64,000 bases of DNA. Origin: Rhynchopus sp. YZ270_cl-10. Taxonomy: Eukaryota. The notes below the pieces were generated by a model. The model was not told the origin of the DNA, ran no database searches, and saw only the letters and a program-made list of their open reading frames with translations. How positions within the stretch are numbered: the stretch's first letter is position 1; every line of letters begins with the position of its first letter. The stretch spans positions 558,001 through 622,000 of the forward strand of contig OZ037841.1 of assembly GCA_964035575.1 (NCBI GenBank), in the 5' to 3' direction. Shown piece after piece: positions 31,045-42,241 of this stretch. Made by a program: the position numbers and the translations under genes.

Positions 31045-32566
31045 CTAGTTGACGCTGTCGAACCACTCCTGGTCGAAGTCGTCGAGCTCGCGCACCTCAA
31101 GTGTCTGTAGGGAAAAGAGAGATAAATGCCATGAAAACCTCATACTTAATGCAGGCCCAACGGATGTAGGGCAGAAGATGCAAAAAAAAAAGATAAAGAT
31201 ATTTTCAATCGATGAAGTTTTGTCTATCAGAGTCGAAAGAAAAGAATAAAAGTTTATAAGATGAACCTACGACACCTTCACGAAGTGGAGAGAGCATACC
31301 TGAATGACGTCAAAGTGCTTCGATATTTCGTTCTTCCAGCGTGTGGTTTCCATCGACTTCTTCGGGGGTGCCTTGGAAGGGCTGTAGAAGAGAAGCACCA
31401 GGGGTGTCTTCAACCGTCCGTCGGGCATCGTCTTGTTGTAGCTGTGTGGTGTGGTGGGATATGATGGTGAGGTTTGTCCTCTTTCGTGTTTAGGTAAGAC
31501 CTTCCGAAAAGATGATCCTAAGCCTCTCGTGCTTAGTCACCTTATCATATTCGTTATCGCACAGCATCAGCTGCGCTGGCTTCCACAAGGTTGTTGTCAG
31601 GGATGATGTCATTTCCCCAGAAAAAGAAAAAAGAACAAACACATTGTTTTCTGAGAATCAGTCGGCGTTTATTTGAGAGTTGAGACTCTTCTTGACGTAT
31701 TGCATAACAAAACTAGACGATATCATCCGCCAACTGATCTTTGATAACAAAAATATATCAGTGTTTTTTTTTCGTTGAACGCAGCCAAATAGGGGTAAAA
31801 ATCTGGCGCAAGATGAAAGGATTCAAGGGGAAATACTATTATACAAGATCTGAACGTTGGCTTTCTGTTTGTCTAGTTTCTTAATACACTAGGGGGAAAA
31901 AGTGAAAAATATTCCAAGCCTCTCAAACTTCACCTCAAAGGAATACCTGTAGAAGATGTACTTAGGGTTGAGCTCTGTGAGCTCGTCGTTGATGTCCTCG
32001 ATGTCGCAGTCGTCCAGCCACTCCTCAAGCTCGAAGGTTGTGCCCTGCTTCTTGATCGTGCAGATGGCGGCTGTGTTCTTTGCGTTGCGGCCAAGCCCGC
32101 TCTTGAGCTTCTTCAACGCCTTTGCGCACTTTGCTGTGATCACCAAACCTCCTGGTGTTGTCTCATCCCCTCCGACAGGGTCTTTGTGCTCCTTCTTCTT
32201 GGGCTTCTCTTCTTCTTCTTCTTCTGCCTCCTCTGCCTTTGCCTTGGCCTTTGCTGCCTCTTTTGCTTCCTTCTCCTCCTTCTCCGCCTTTTCCTTTGCC
32301 TCCTGTGCCTCCTTCTCCTTCTGTTTTTGTTCTTCAGCTGCCTTAGCTTCCTTTTCCGCTGCCTTCTTCGCCGCCTTCTCCTTCTCCGCCTTCTTCGCTG
32401 CAGCCGCGGCTTCAGCTTCGGCTTCAGCCTCTCTCGTCTCCTCGTCCTCTTCGTCCGCCTCGTTCTCCAGTGTGCTCAGAATCTTCTGCAGAAGCTTCTT
32501 CGTCAGCGCACCTTCAGCCTCTTCCAAAAAGGCCTCCACCTCCTCCACTTCCTTACGAAGTCCCAT
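31045..32566 (-). CDS. ADF-H domain protein (GMF/cofilin-like) with long E/K/A-rich N-terminal helix; exons 32566-31947, 31441-31300, 31104-31045
   Basis: C-terminal EDINDELTELNPKYIFYS-YNKTMPDGRLKTPLVLLFYSP...EVRELDDFDQEWF resembles glia maturation factor. GT-AG introns are in frame. Confidence 0.85.
31509..31543 (-). other. Representative intact copy of the dispersed, single-orientation GAGA-loop hairpin (family A)
   Basis: Plus AAGATGATCCTAAGCCTCTCGTGCTTAGTCACCTT. Near-identical copies at 37430, 52991 and 63543; dozens of degenerate copies from 803 to 63942. Confidence 0.9.
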
Positions 32567-33393
32567 TGTTTTTTTTTTGTGTTGTGTGGTTGTCTGAAAA
32601 ATGGGATGCTTTGAGGGAGAAAAGGGGGACTAAGGGGTGGAAAGGAGAAAAGAGATTTTGCTGATGTTGCCTTCACGCTGTACATAAACGTTGCATCAAA
32701 AGATTGGGGAAAGGGGTGCGTAAAAAAGGGGATCCCATGTGAAATGAAACAGCTGGTTAAAAGCTCAATCGTTGTTCAGTCTGAAAAACATACATTTATG
32801 TGTGTCACAGCCGGACGTTCATGACAGAGCGAACCCACTGTACCCGTCTAATAAAAGCAAATAGTTTTTTTTTGCATGATCTTGTCTCTGCAAACCTGAA
32901 CACCCTTTACCAGTTGTGAAAACCTGAGCGGTGTGACTTTGGGCTCGCAAGGGAGGTGTCGCTACTCACCTGTCCGCAGGCACCCGGTTCGCTACTTTTA
33001 TTATTTCGCCATGTCATTTTTCTCATTCCTCGGGTTCTGCGAGCTCCATCCGTCAAATGCTAGAAAACACTTGTATTTTATAGTCTTTGGAAAACACGCC
33101 CACCCTCTCCGTCCTCCATCGGCGCTCGGCACCCGACATCAAGCTTGCTCCTCGAATCGTCCAGTTCGCAAGCATTGCTCACCCCCCCTAAAACTCAAAA
33201 AAAAAATCGTGAGAGGGGGTGAAACCCCCCCTAAAAAAAAAACTCTGGGTAAAGCTCATGCCTTGCAGAAGAACTTCGGGGAATGGAGAATGGGAAGGAG
33301 GTTTTTGTTTGTTTTTGTGAACGAAAAAAGAAAAAAGAAAAACATATCACACAACTCGGCTCAACCCATATCCAATGACACTCCTTGAGAAGT

Positions 33394-35838
33394 TCACACA
33401 CGCAATGTGAAGGTCTGGTTCGAGACAGTCCCGAGCGAGGAGGACACCTTTGCAACGAGAGTCACTTCACCCGAAACGGCGCCCGTCCCTCTGAGCTCCA
33501 GCCCAGTTTTCCACGACACAGTCCTAGCGCCTCTCGCGTGCGTCACAACAGACACCCCTGCCTTGATCATGGCCACGCTGTCCAGCACCTCCCCTTCCAC
33601 ACCTTCATACACCCCTCGTACCTGAGCATCCTCCAGGCCCATCAGGACCAGGTTGGACCCTTTACACATCGCCAAAACCTGGAAAGTGGTGTCAACCGCA
33701 AAACACGAGTAGTCATCTGCAGAGGCAATTGGTATTGTCTTCTCCAGTGTGAAGGCCCCTCCCCCCCACCTGTACTTCAGCAGCGCGGCGGAGGTGAGGA
33801 TGTACAGCGTGGCGCTGTCGGTGCTGTAGATGTGGTGGATCTGAAGGGCATCGCCAATGACCCCTGCAATGTACACCTTGTGTTCTTCTAAAACTAATGC
33901 GTGGTTCGTGTCGTCGATCACGAAGGGTCCGGAAATAAATTTGGGTGAGGAGAACAACTCGTCTTGCCTGCTGAGTGTTTCGTTCTCCCAGAAGTACGAG
34001 AACACCACCATGTCACTGCTTCCAATCACAGATGCATAAATGGTGCCACTGCCTCCTCTCCACGATGAAAACGGCTGCTTCGCTGTCTGGTTCGGCGTCA
34101 ACTGCAGGCCTATCGAACCAGTTGATTTGAACACATAATTTTTATCCAGATCATAAAATGACGCGGAAAACCCTATTGGATCTGGATTCCGGGTGAGGAA
34201 GGCAAGTGACTTCCCATCATGACCTGCACATACGGTCCTAATATCATCTCTCCACACTGTGAACGCACTGAGCGAATACGGGTTTGTTGTGTTCAGCGGA
34301 GTAGTGCCCAGCCACGATGGGAGAGGGGATGCTTCCTCTCCTGTGATTTCAAAGAGAAGAGTTTCAGTGGGGTAGAGACTTTCAAAATAGTCATCGAGGA
34401 CCAGCCCAGTGTCAAACGCCCCGCTTTCCACCTTCGGACTCACCACACCAATTCTATGAGTCACCACAGGAGGCTGGTACCCAGCATAGTGCACAGTACG
34501 GTAAAGGTCCGGGGCAGAACCCACTGCGTACTTCCCCTTCACAACCAAAGAAACGTCTGTGTTGGTGGTGGTCGCCCCGTCCACACCCATTTCAAGCCAC
34601 AACCCAACTCCGAATGTAGAGGATTTCGTGTCCGTCAGAATGGACAACACGCCGTCCTTGCATGCACACGAAATGATGTCGCCACCAGATTTCCAGGGGA
34701 TTTTTTCAGTGGCACCAGACTCCCGCTGGGCGACACCTGAGTAAAGAGATATGTTTTTCGCAGTGGGTGTACTTTCAGAGAAGTTCAGCTGGAATAGTGT
34801 GTTGTCCTTGAAGCCGTAATACATCCCATTATCAAGAAAATAAGTAGCGCTGGTGGTAGGTTCACGTGGAACATCAACGGTTGCTGTGTACTCCACGTGT
34901 CCCTGCGTATCGCTCACCCAAAGAGTAGGCGTGTAAAAAGACTTTCTTATCACAATGACCTCTTCTAATCCCATGGTGCCTCCGAGGCAGTCGACCAAAT
35001 TGGGGTACTTAGTTTCTCCTCTATCTACTTTGATGATGTCGGGTTGCTTATGAAGGGTGTATGGGTACAAGTAGTAGTAATAATCTTTGAACAAGACCAC
35101 GTACACGGTGGCGCCAAACCCGACCGCGCAATATATTCTATTGTCGAATGTGTCCGCAGGCGTGATTTCTTCCAGAGTGGTCATTTGATTCGGGTCAGTG
35201 AAGTCAATAGCGGTAAGGGTGTCATCACAAACCACCGTCCCGTACACACCTTCCTCATCCGGCTTTTTTGTAACAGAGAAATGGGTCATAGGTACAGAAC
35301 CTCCAGCACACACAAAGTCCGGTGGCTTCCCATTTCCTTTCACCTCGGGGGACGTCGGATCCGCCAGTGAGAAGACAATAAAACTCTCGTTCATTGCAAT
35401 GTACAGCATTCTGTCATACACAGCCACATTCCTGATGGCGAGAACCAGAGGGATCGATGAGAGCAGGTTCAACCCAGGGGGCGAATGTAACTCCGTGACG
35501 CTCATGTTGAAGATCGAGACGTTATGGGGCCCGGAAACCACAGTGATGCCGTCGTCCATGAAGAGTGTTTCGGAGTACTGCAGATTAACTCCCTCGTAGT
35601 CAGTCTCCCACAGAGACGTCGCGTCAGGCAGGTTGACCAACCCAGCCGAGGTCCATGCAGGAGCTGTGGATCCGTCTGCTTTTTGGAGGCCTGCTGTGAT
35701 ATTCAACCCTGTCCAGCCGGTGGAACCTCTCGCTGTGTACGTCTTCGCCGATTGATTGATGTAGGCTGTCATGTCAGGGAGGGTTGTGAGTACAGATGCA
35801 GAGAGCATGGCCACAGAGGAGATGAACATTGACACCAT
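33394..35838 (-). CDS. 814-aa intronless secreted protein, beta-propeller-like segments plus cadherin/Ig-like (LPSWL) motifs
   Basis: Long ORF with a hydrophobic N-terminal signal. AVYDRMLYIA...VFSLADPTSP is LVIVD-like; SPLPSWL and SNQTFTLRV resemble CADG/He_PIG ends. Confidence 0.85.
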   Translation of the reverse strand: MVSMFISSVAMLSASVLTTLPDMTAYINQSAKTYTARGSTGWTGLNITAGLQKADGSTAPAWTSAGLVNLPDATSLWETDYEGVNLQYSETLFMDDGITVVSGPHNVSIFNMSVTELHSPPGLNLLSSIPLVLAIRNVAVYDRMLYIAMNESFIVFSLADPTSPEVKGNGKPPDFVCAGGSVPMTHFSVTKKPDEEGVYGTVVCDDTLTAIDFTDPNQMTTLEEITPADTFDNRIYCAVGFGATVYVVLFKDYYYYLYPYTLHKQPDIIKVDRGETKYPNLVDCLGGTMGLEEVIVIRKSFYTPTLWVSDTQGHVEYTATVDVPREPTTSATYFLDNGMYYGFKDNTLFQLNFSESTPTAKNISLYSGVAQRESGATEKIPWKSGGDIISCACKDGVLSILTDTKSSTFGVGLWLEMGVDGATTTNTDVSLVVKGKYAVGSAPDLYRTVHYAGYQPPVVTHRIGVVSPKVESGAFDTGLVLDDYFESLYPTETLLFEITGEEASPLPSWLGTTPLNTTNPYSLSAFTVWRDDIRTVCAGHDGKSLAFLTRNPDPIGFSASFYDLDKNYVFKSTGSIGLQLTPNQTAKQPFSSWRGGSGTIYASVIGSSDMVVFSYFWENETLSRQDELFSSPKFISGPFVIDDTNHALVLEEHKVYIAGVIGDALQIHHIYSTDSATLYILTSAALLKYRWGGGAFTLEKTIPIASADDYSCFAVDTTFQVLAMCKGSNLVLMGLEDAQVRGVYEGVEGEVLDSVAMIKAGVSVVTHARGARTVSWKTGLELRGTGAVSGEVTLVAKVSSSLGTVSNQTFTLRV

Positions 35839-36135
35839 TGTGTCACGACTGTGACAATTCCCACAACGAGGTTGCGGGGGGTTTTTTTAAAATAAGTAAA
35901 AGAAATAAATTTCTGTGTTGGGATGGGTGGGAGTGTTTTTCACTAAAAGGTAGGATTAAAAGCAAAAGAAAATGATGCAAAACATCAAGTAGCCGTGGTC
36001 CATTTGGAATATACATAGATACGTACAGACAGTACATAACACATGTAGCCCTAAAAAGTACAAGGTCCGAAAACCATCATAGATAGGAACCAAGGGAGCG
36101 TGGTGAGTTTGGAGTCTACAAAGAGGTTGCCCGGG

Positions 36136-36171
36136 GGGGTAGGGGTAGGGGTAGGGGTAGGGGTTAGGGGG
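36136..36171 (+). repeat. (GGGGTA)n telomere-like, G-quadruplex-capable tract
   Basis: GGGGTAGGGGTAGGGGTAGGGGTAGGGGTTAGGGGG. Confidence 0.7.
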
Positions 36172-38319
36172 TCCGACTGTGAAGAAAATGACCGTACAAA
36201 TAATTAATTAGTAAACTTCTGGCCATCTCCAAGGCAAGTGCGGGTAAAAAACACCCTCAGAGTGGGTCACAGAGTACCTGTGGGCCGAAAAACGACCCAG
36301 AAGCCACCCCAGAATACAAAAAAATGGGGGAAAATAGTGAAAAAAAAAAAAAACGGCTTTTGCTGGCAATTATTAGAAGTATGTCTACTACAGAAGGTAT
36401 AGACGCAGGTCGTTCAACTCTCAAGAGCAACTTTTATTTTTACAGATTTCACCTTTTTTTTTTTTTTTTTTGGGTTCAGTAAATTTTCAGTTTTGAAGAA
36501 GAAAAAAAAAAACAAGAATAAAGCTAGTGCATAGTTAGTGCTGCACTGAGGGATAAATATCGTAGCACATCACGGAAGAAATTTGGATTTACACTCTGCC
36601 CCATCCCCACCCAACTCCATCCTGTCCACAAAAAAAGGAAAAACAAATTCGCAAGATGAACCTAAGGCCTCTGTGCGTTAGGGTGTCACCTTCCAACAAA
36701 AAAAAAAATATTTGAACGATGGCAACAAAGCACCGCGGGGTTGTATCACAAATACCCCCACCAACCCTCTACACGACAGTGAAGTAAATGATTTGCCTTG
36801 TGGTTTCACCATTGCAAGATAACGGTGAAACCACAAGGTTCTCACTGAGCTTGCCTTAGGACACCTGCGTTAATGTGTAACAGATGTGCCGCCCCAGCCA
36901 AACTCCCCACCTGACTGGTGTCTCCAAACGAGGGCTCACTAGCTAATGCTAGTTTGTCGCTGTAATCGGAAAATTCAAGTCATTTACTGACCCGGCGTGC
37001 AGAGCATCTGACCCCACCCCCACCCCCCCACACTGTGACCCCTCACCGATTTCTCATTAACATAACTCTTGAAAGAGAGAGAAGGCTTTTTACCCACCAC
37101 TCTCACCGTCTAATATCTACAGTACGTCCTTTACTTTCGAAAGTGGGGAGGGGAGGGAAGCTGGGAGGGGAAGTTTGCTGGAAAAAAATTTTTTGTAATA
37201 CCATGGTGTGTTCGGAACTTAAATTCTCCCGTACGTCTACCAGGGGGATTAATGAAAAAAAGTGGTAAAAAAAAGATTAGTGTTAACTGCAAAAGATAAG
37301 GAGCAAAGATTGCTTCGAACTTTGTTGAGTATCTAGGCTTGCTATCCTCACGTCTCTTTTTTGGCTAACGCTCCGTTGTGGAAATATGGAAAAAAAAAGG
37401 GAGGAGTAATATCAAAAAAAAAGTTTTTTAGATGATCCTAAGCCTCTCGTGCTTAGTCACCTAAAGTTAATTTCTGGTTTCGGTGGTCTGCTCCTTGACC
37501 AGGATTCAGCCTGTGACCGCGCTCATCAGAAGGAGCCAGGGCTCTCTGTGGATAACACAAAGGGGCTGGATTGCATTTCTTTATCCCTCATTCGGTGGAA
37601 AGGAAAGAGAAGAAGTAAAAGAAACCTTTGTAAGATGTGCCTCTCATGCATCTTTACTACTATCGTTATCACGCTGGAACACGCTGGGGTTTGAAGATGA
37701 AAAAAAATGTAAGACGGTATGTTCCTCTCGCACACATCTTTTAAAAACTGGGTGGACAAAAAAATAGTTGGAAAGAGTCTATAACGTAAAAAATCTAAGC
37801 GTCGTTTGAAAGACGTTGAATATCGGTCAGAGTGATATATCTATGCTCTCCTGCGGGAGGGCAATTACAAACCTGTATTTTCGTCCACTTTGGACGCTCT
37901 CCCACATCAAACTGGTCACCGTGTATACATGCACTTCACTAAGCTGCAAGTGGTGTGGCTGAAGGGGGGGGTGATTCGCACGTCTTGCGCATTTTATTTC
38001 ACCCCACACCAAAAAAAATTCGAGGGCTGATTCGCACTTCTTGCGCACTTCTGCGCACTTTTTGCACTCCATTCAGCCACACCAGGCAAGGTGCTATCCT
38101 TTTTTGTATTAGTGTAGACACCAGAGGATGAGCTCCACTGTACCTTTTTTTAAAAAAGAAAAACGCAACTTTTCTTTTTTGAAAAGCTTGCGCTAACACA
38201 GGGAGTCTTCACCCCTGCCATTTTTTCACTTTTTTTTTTTTTTTGTTTTTATTTTGCTTTCTATTTTGCACTCTTTATTTTGTTCATTTTTCCTCATTTT
38301 CCCCCCTCCTCTATTTCCT

Positions 38320-40164
38320 TCACGATGCCAGCTTAACCTTCCCCATTAACAGCACTTCATCGTCTTCATCGAAGAACAGATCATCCCCTGCTGGCACATC
38401 GTTGTCACCCATCACCTCATCTTCATCGAACCCGTTGTTCTGGTCGAACTCATCAAGCTCGACTACGTCTCCGTTCGTTCTCTCCTTGCCCCCTCTTTTC
38501 CTTCTTCTCCACATCACCACTGCGATCACTATCAACACTACCACCACCGCCACACCCGCCACCACAAATTGAACGATACCTCCCCCTTTTGGCTCTGCCG
38601 GAGGTGATAGGTTGACTTCAGGAATATCTGTTTCTTTCTCACCCGGAAACTCTGCGGGAGCAACCGAAGGTGGTATGGCAGGAGCATCAGAAGGCGCCGT
38701 GGAGACAACCGATGCCATTGGTGCGGTTGATTCAGGGATATCGGTGGTGTCTTTTTTCGGGCATACGGCGGAGCTTGAGTTGTAGTGCACCTCACCAAAA
38801 CGCCCTCCCCACGAAACTGCAGAACCGTTTCGGAGAATCGCCGCAAATCCATCGCTCGAGGCTGCCAACGAGACCACTTCTTCCTCTAAAAACGCTGCAA
38901 CAGTTGACGAATCCCCTCCATGGTTTTTATCACCCCAGGTTAAAACACTGCCGTTCTCCCTTAAGGCTGCGAATGCTGCGTTATTTGCGACGACATGCAC
39001 AACATTGTTTCCTATCACCGGATGTGGTACATCCATGTGTCCTCCAAAAGAGGGGTGTCCCCAGGCTACCACCCGAGCATCTGATGTTAAAGCCGCGAAT
39101 GCGCGTTTTGTTGAGAACAAAATTTTCACCGGAGATCTAGCAAGGAGCGTTGCGACGCTGGTGGTATCCCCTCCGTGGTAGCCCCCTTCAAATGCTGGGG
39201 TGCGTTCCCAGGAAACCACTTTACCTTTGTAGGTTAATGCGGCAAAGGCGTGGGAAGTAGAGTAAATGGATTTGATACTGCTCAGATGAGAATGCACCGT
39301 CCTGCTGTCCCCACCACTGTCCGGGGAACCCCATGCTACAGCAATGTTATCTGCACGGAGTGCAAGAAACGCGCCTTCATTTTGAATGACATTCAGCATG
39401 GGGGCCCACAAAGAACTCCGTACCGTGGTTTGATCTGCATTTAAGGCTCCCCAGGTTACCACCCCACCTTGGTGGTTCACTGCAGCAAACCCATGGGGTC
39501 CTCCAAATATTTGCTTGACATTTCCCAATTTCGAGACAACCAGCGAGGAGTCACCACCGTCAGCACTGTCCCCCCAGGACACCACCTTTCTCCCTTTCGT
39601 TAACACAGCGAAAGCATTGTTTGAGGTTGCAATATCGACGATCGGGTCCGCTCCGTTGAGTAGAATGTTCACTAAATCGCCGCGGTGGTTTTTGATAGCG
39701 TTACCCCAGGTGTACAACGAGCCATCCTTTTTGACAGCCGCAAATGCACTGGTAGTGGAGGCAATAGAAACAACAGAGGAATTGTGGAGTTCTGGGTAGG
39801 AATCAGAGGCTCCATAGGCTGGGTTGCCCCAGACTGAAACATTCCCGGTATCATAATATAATGCGGCCGCAGAATGTTCAGAGCAAATGAGTGTTGTGTT
39901 ATGTCCTTGGCTTGCTTCTGCCAGCGCCGTTGCGTTTACACCACGCATTCCCCACGTCAAGACCGTACCATCTTCACAACGCATCGCGAACGAATCGATG
40001 GTACCACAAAGAGGTAAAGGGGGTGTAGTAGATGCATCTGTACTGCCATCAGTACCCCAGCCATCAGCATAGCAAAGCTGTGCGACGACCACGACAGACC
40101 ACAGACCGAAACGGAAGTTGGATAAAAAGGACCCCCTCTTGCGGTGCGCGTGTGGGTACATCAT
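38320..40164 (-). CDS. RCC1/BLIP-II-like repeat type I membrane protein (~614 aa)
   Basis: Repeated AFAAL..DG.VV.WG...GGDSS.V units; N-terminal hydrophobic segment; TM FVVAGVAVVVVLIVIAVVMW followed by RRRKR; acidic tail. Confidence 0.9.
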   Translation of the reverse strand: MMYPHAHRKRGSFLSNFRFGLWSVVVVAQLCYADGWGTDGSTDASTTPPLPLCGTIDSFAMRCEDGTVLTWGMRGVNATALAEASQGHNTTLICSEHSAAALYYDTGNVSVWGNPAYGASDSYPELHNSSVVSIASTTSAFAAVKKDGSLYTWGNAIKNHRGDLVNILLNGADPIVDIATSNNAFAVLTKGRKVVSWGDSADGGDSSLVVSKLGNVKQIFGGPHGFAAVNHQGGVVTWGALNADQTTVRSSLWAPMLNVIQNEGAFLALRADNIAVAWGSPDSGGDSRTVHSHLSSIKSIYSTSHAFAALTYKGKVVSWERTPAFEGGYHGGDTTSVATLLARSPVKILFSTKRAFAALTSDARVVAWGHPSFGGHMDVPHPVIGNNVVHVVANNAAFAALRENGSVLTWGDKNHGGDSSTVAAFLEEEVVSLAASSDGFAAILRNGSAVSWGGRFGEVHYNSSSAVCPKKDTTDIPESTAPMASVVSTAPSDAPAIPPSVAPAEFPGEKETDIPEVNLSPPAEPKGGGIVQFVVAGVAVVVVLIVIAVVMWRRRKRGGKERTNGDVVELDEFDQNNGFDEDEVMGDNDVPAGDDLFFDEDDEVLLMGKVKLAS

Positions 40165-40492
40165 AAGGGAGAGGAAGGGTAGGGGTTGTTTGCTGAATAT
40201 GGTGTTGTGGATGAGCAGCCGGAGGGTTCATCTCAAAAAACAGTGGGGGGGGAAGGGGAAGGGGAAGGGGCCGTATTTATTTATTTTCGTGAGCAAAACC
40301 AAAACCAGGCCATGGACTAGGTAGGGGAAGGGACCGAGGTCTCTTCCCTAGTAGTGGGGCCATTCTGACAGGGGGAAATATGGGTGGAAAAAGAGATAGG
40401 GCAAAACGCCTCTGATATGCAGCCAGTGAGGATCCGTGGGGTTATCGAACACCCGGACTGTGCTGTTTTGCAGGAAAAAACTATTTCATTTA

Positions 40493-40779
40493 CTGGGGGG
40501 GGGGGGGCGAATAAGAGATGTGGCATCTCTTATTAGGCGAACGGACGAGCCAAAAATAAAAATTTTTTTTTGGGGGGGAAAAAGCAAAAAGACATTTTCG
40601 CCGGAGGCAAAAAAAATTTTTTGACCACTTTTTTGCCAGACCGGGTAGACAGGGTAAAATTTCAAAATGTTTTTTCGAGATAAAACCCTGGCGCATTCAA
40701 AAAAAAAAAAAAAAAAATACCCCAAAATCTCAACCTGATCTCTTATTCACCCCTGATCTCTTATTCGCCCCCCCCCCAG
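40493..40779. mobile_element. TA-flanked MITE (Tc1/mariner-type target)
   Basis: TA-CTG(G)nCGAATAAGAGAT ... ATCTCTTATTCG(C)nAG-TA. Confidence 0.85.
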
Positions 40780-42241
40780 TAACGCGAAAGGTCTCGTACA
40801 AAAAATCCTGAAGAAAAAAAAAAGATTTTTCAGATCCTTAATCCCACTACTGAAATTAAGGATTGTGTACAATTTGGGTGCAAAAATTTTGACCATAGAG
40901 GAGCACAAACCTTGAGTCGCTAATTTGGGGGGATAAAAAGAAGTAAAAGTGTTCATGAAATCTGGGGGGAGCAGGGAGGGAAGGGGTTGTATGGGTGGTC
41001 TGGTAAGTGCCCGTACCGTACCGTGAACAGGGGCGGTTCTCAAGCACTCGTGACCAGTAGAAAAATATTATTTGAAATACAAAGCCCTCTCGTGGCAGTG
41101 TACCTTATAGAATACCTTCTATTCTGCTGAAAGAAGGTACATAGAAATGGATAGGAAGGTATATAGGGGAAAAAACACATATTTTTTATGTTGCAATCAC
41201 CATGGCATAGGCAAGAAGTAGTCGGCAGTACAACTTCGAGCCAAGGTTTTTTGTAACTAGTTTTTTGAAGAAAAAAAGTGCAGGAAAATAACGAAAAGAC
41301 AAGATAAATAGTTCGTAAGATGTGCCAAGACTGTCATGATGTTTTTGAGACATGAATGTATCTACACACATCTTGCTAGATGCAATAAAAACAAAAACAA
41401 AAAAAAGACAACCGAACCATGTTCGGAGGAATGGGATGGGGTGTAGTGGGTGGGAAGCAAATTATGAAACGATAAAAAAAAGAAAAAGTATCTCCGGGAC
41501 GAGAACCCGGGCTAGTAAAAAGTAGTAAATTAAAACAAAAAAAAAAAAATGGCGTCCAAGGCACACAAAGCGCTGGGTTTAGTTGTCGTTGAGCTCGCTC
41601 GATCCCAAGGAGACTCAACTGCGTGGGTAGGACACGTGTGACTCTGTAGTCCCAAAGAAAAGGGGATTGTAGGATCACAAGGCACACCGATGAGAACATA
41701 CGCGACTTCGAAAGGCTTATGTGCCTCGCTGGTCACGTGGAATAGAAAAAGAATAAAAGAAATAGTAGGATCGCTAGGTAGGTACAGTTGTTTCGTTGAT
41801 TGCAAAAAGAAACAAAAAAAGAAATTAGAAAATAAAGAATAAATGTACCATTCGCCATATCAACACCGACGACAGTATTGGTATTTAGCTACTCGACAAA
41901 AAGGTATTCGCTTGACAAACTTACGTCATTGTGAAATTTAGCATTCCCTGATCGGACGTACGTTCCTCAGGAATAAAACTAGTTCCAGGATATCTACTGC
42001 TACTGTTTTGTGATAAAAAATTTTGTACGATTATGTGACAAAGAAGAAGGGTTAAAAAAAAAACAAAGAACAAATTCGTCAGAAAGAAAAAAGGTTGAAA
42101 TATGCTATCTCTCGTGTACTTAGCGAGAGTCAGAATACTACACACAGACACGGGTTAAAACTACCCGAACGGTGTACAGATGAATAGATGAAAGACAAGG
42201 CACACCAAAGCACGTCAAGTAGGTGCTCCACCTCTACCTCT

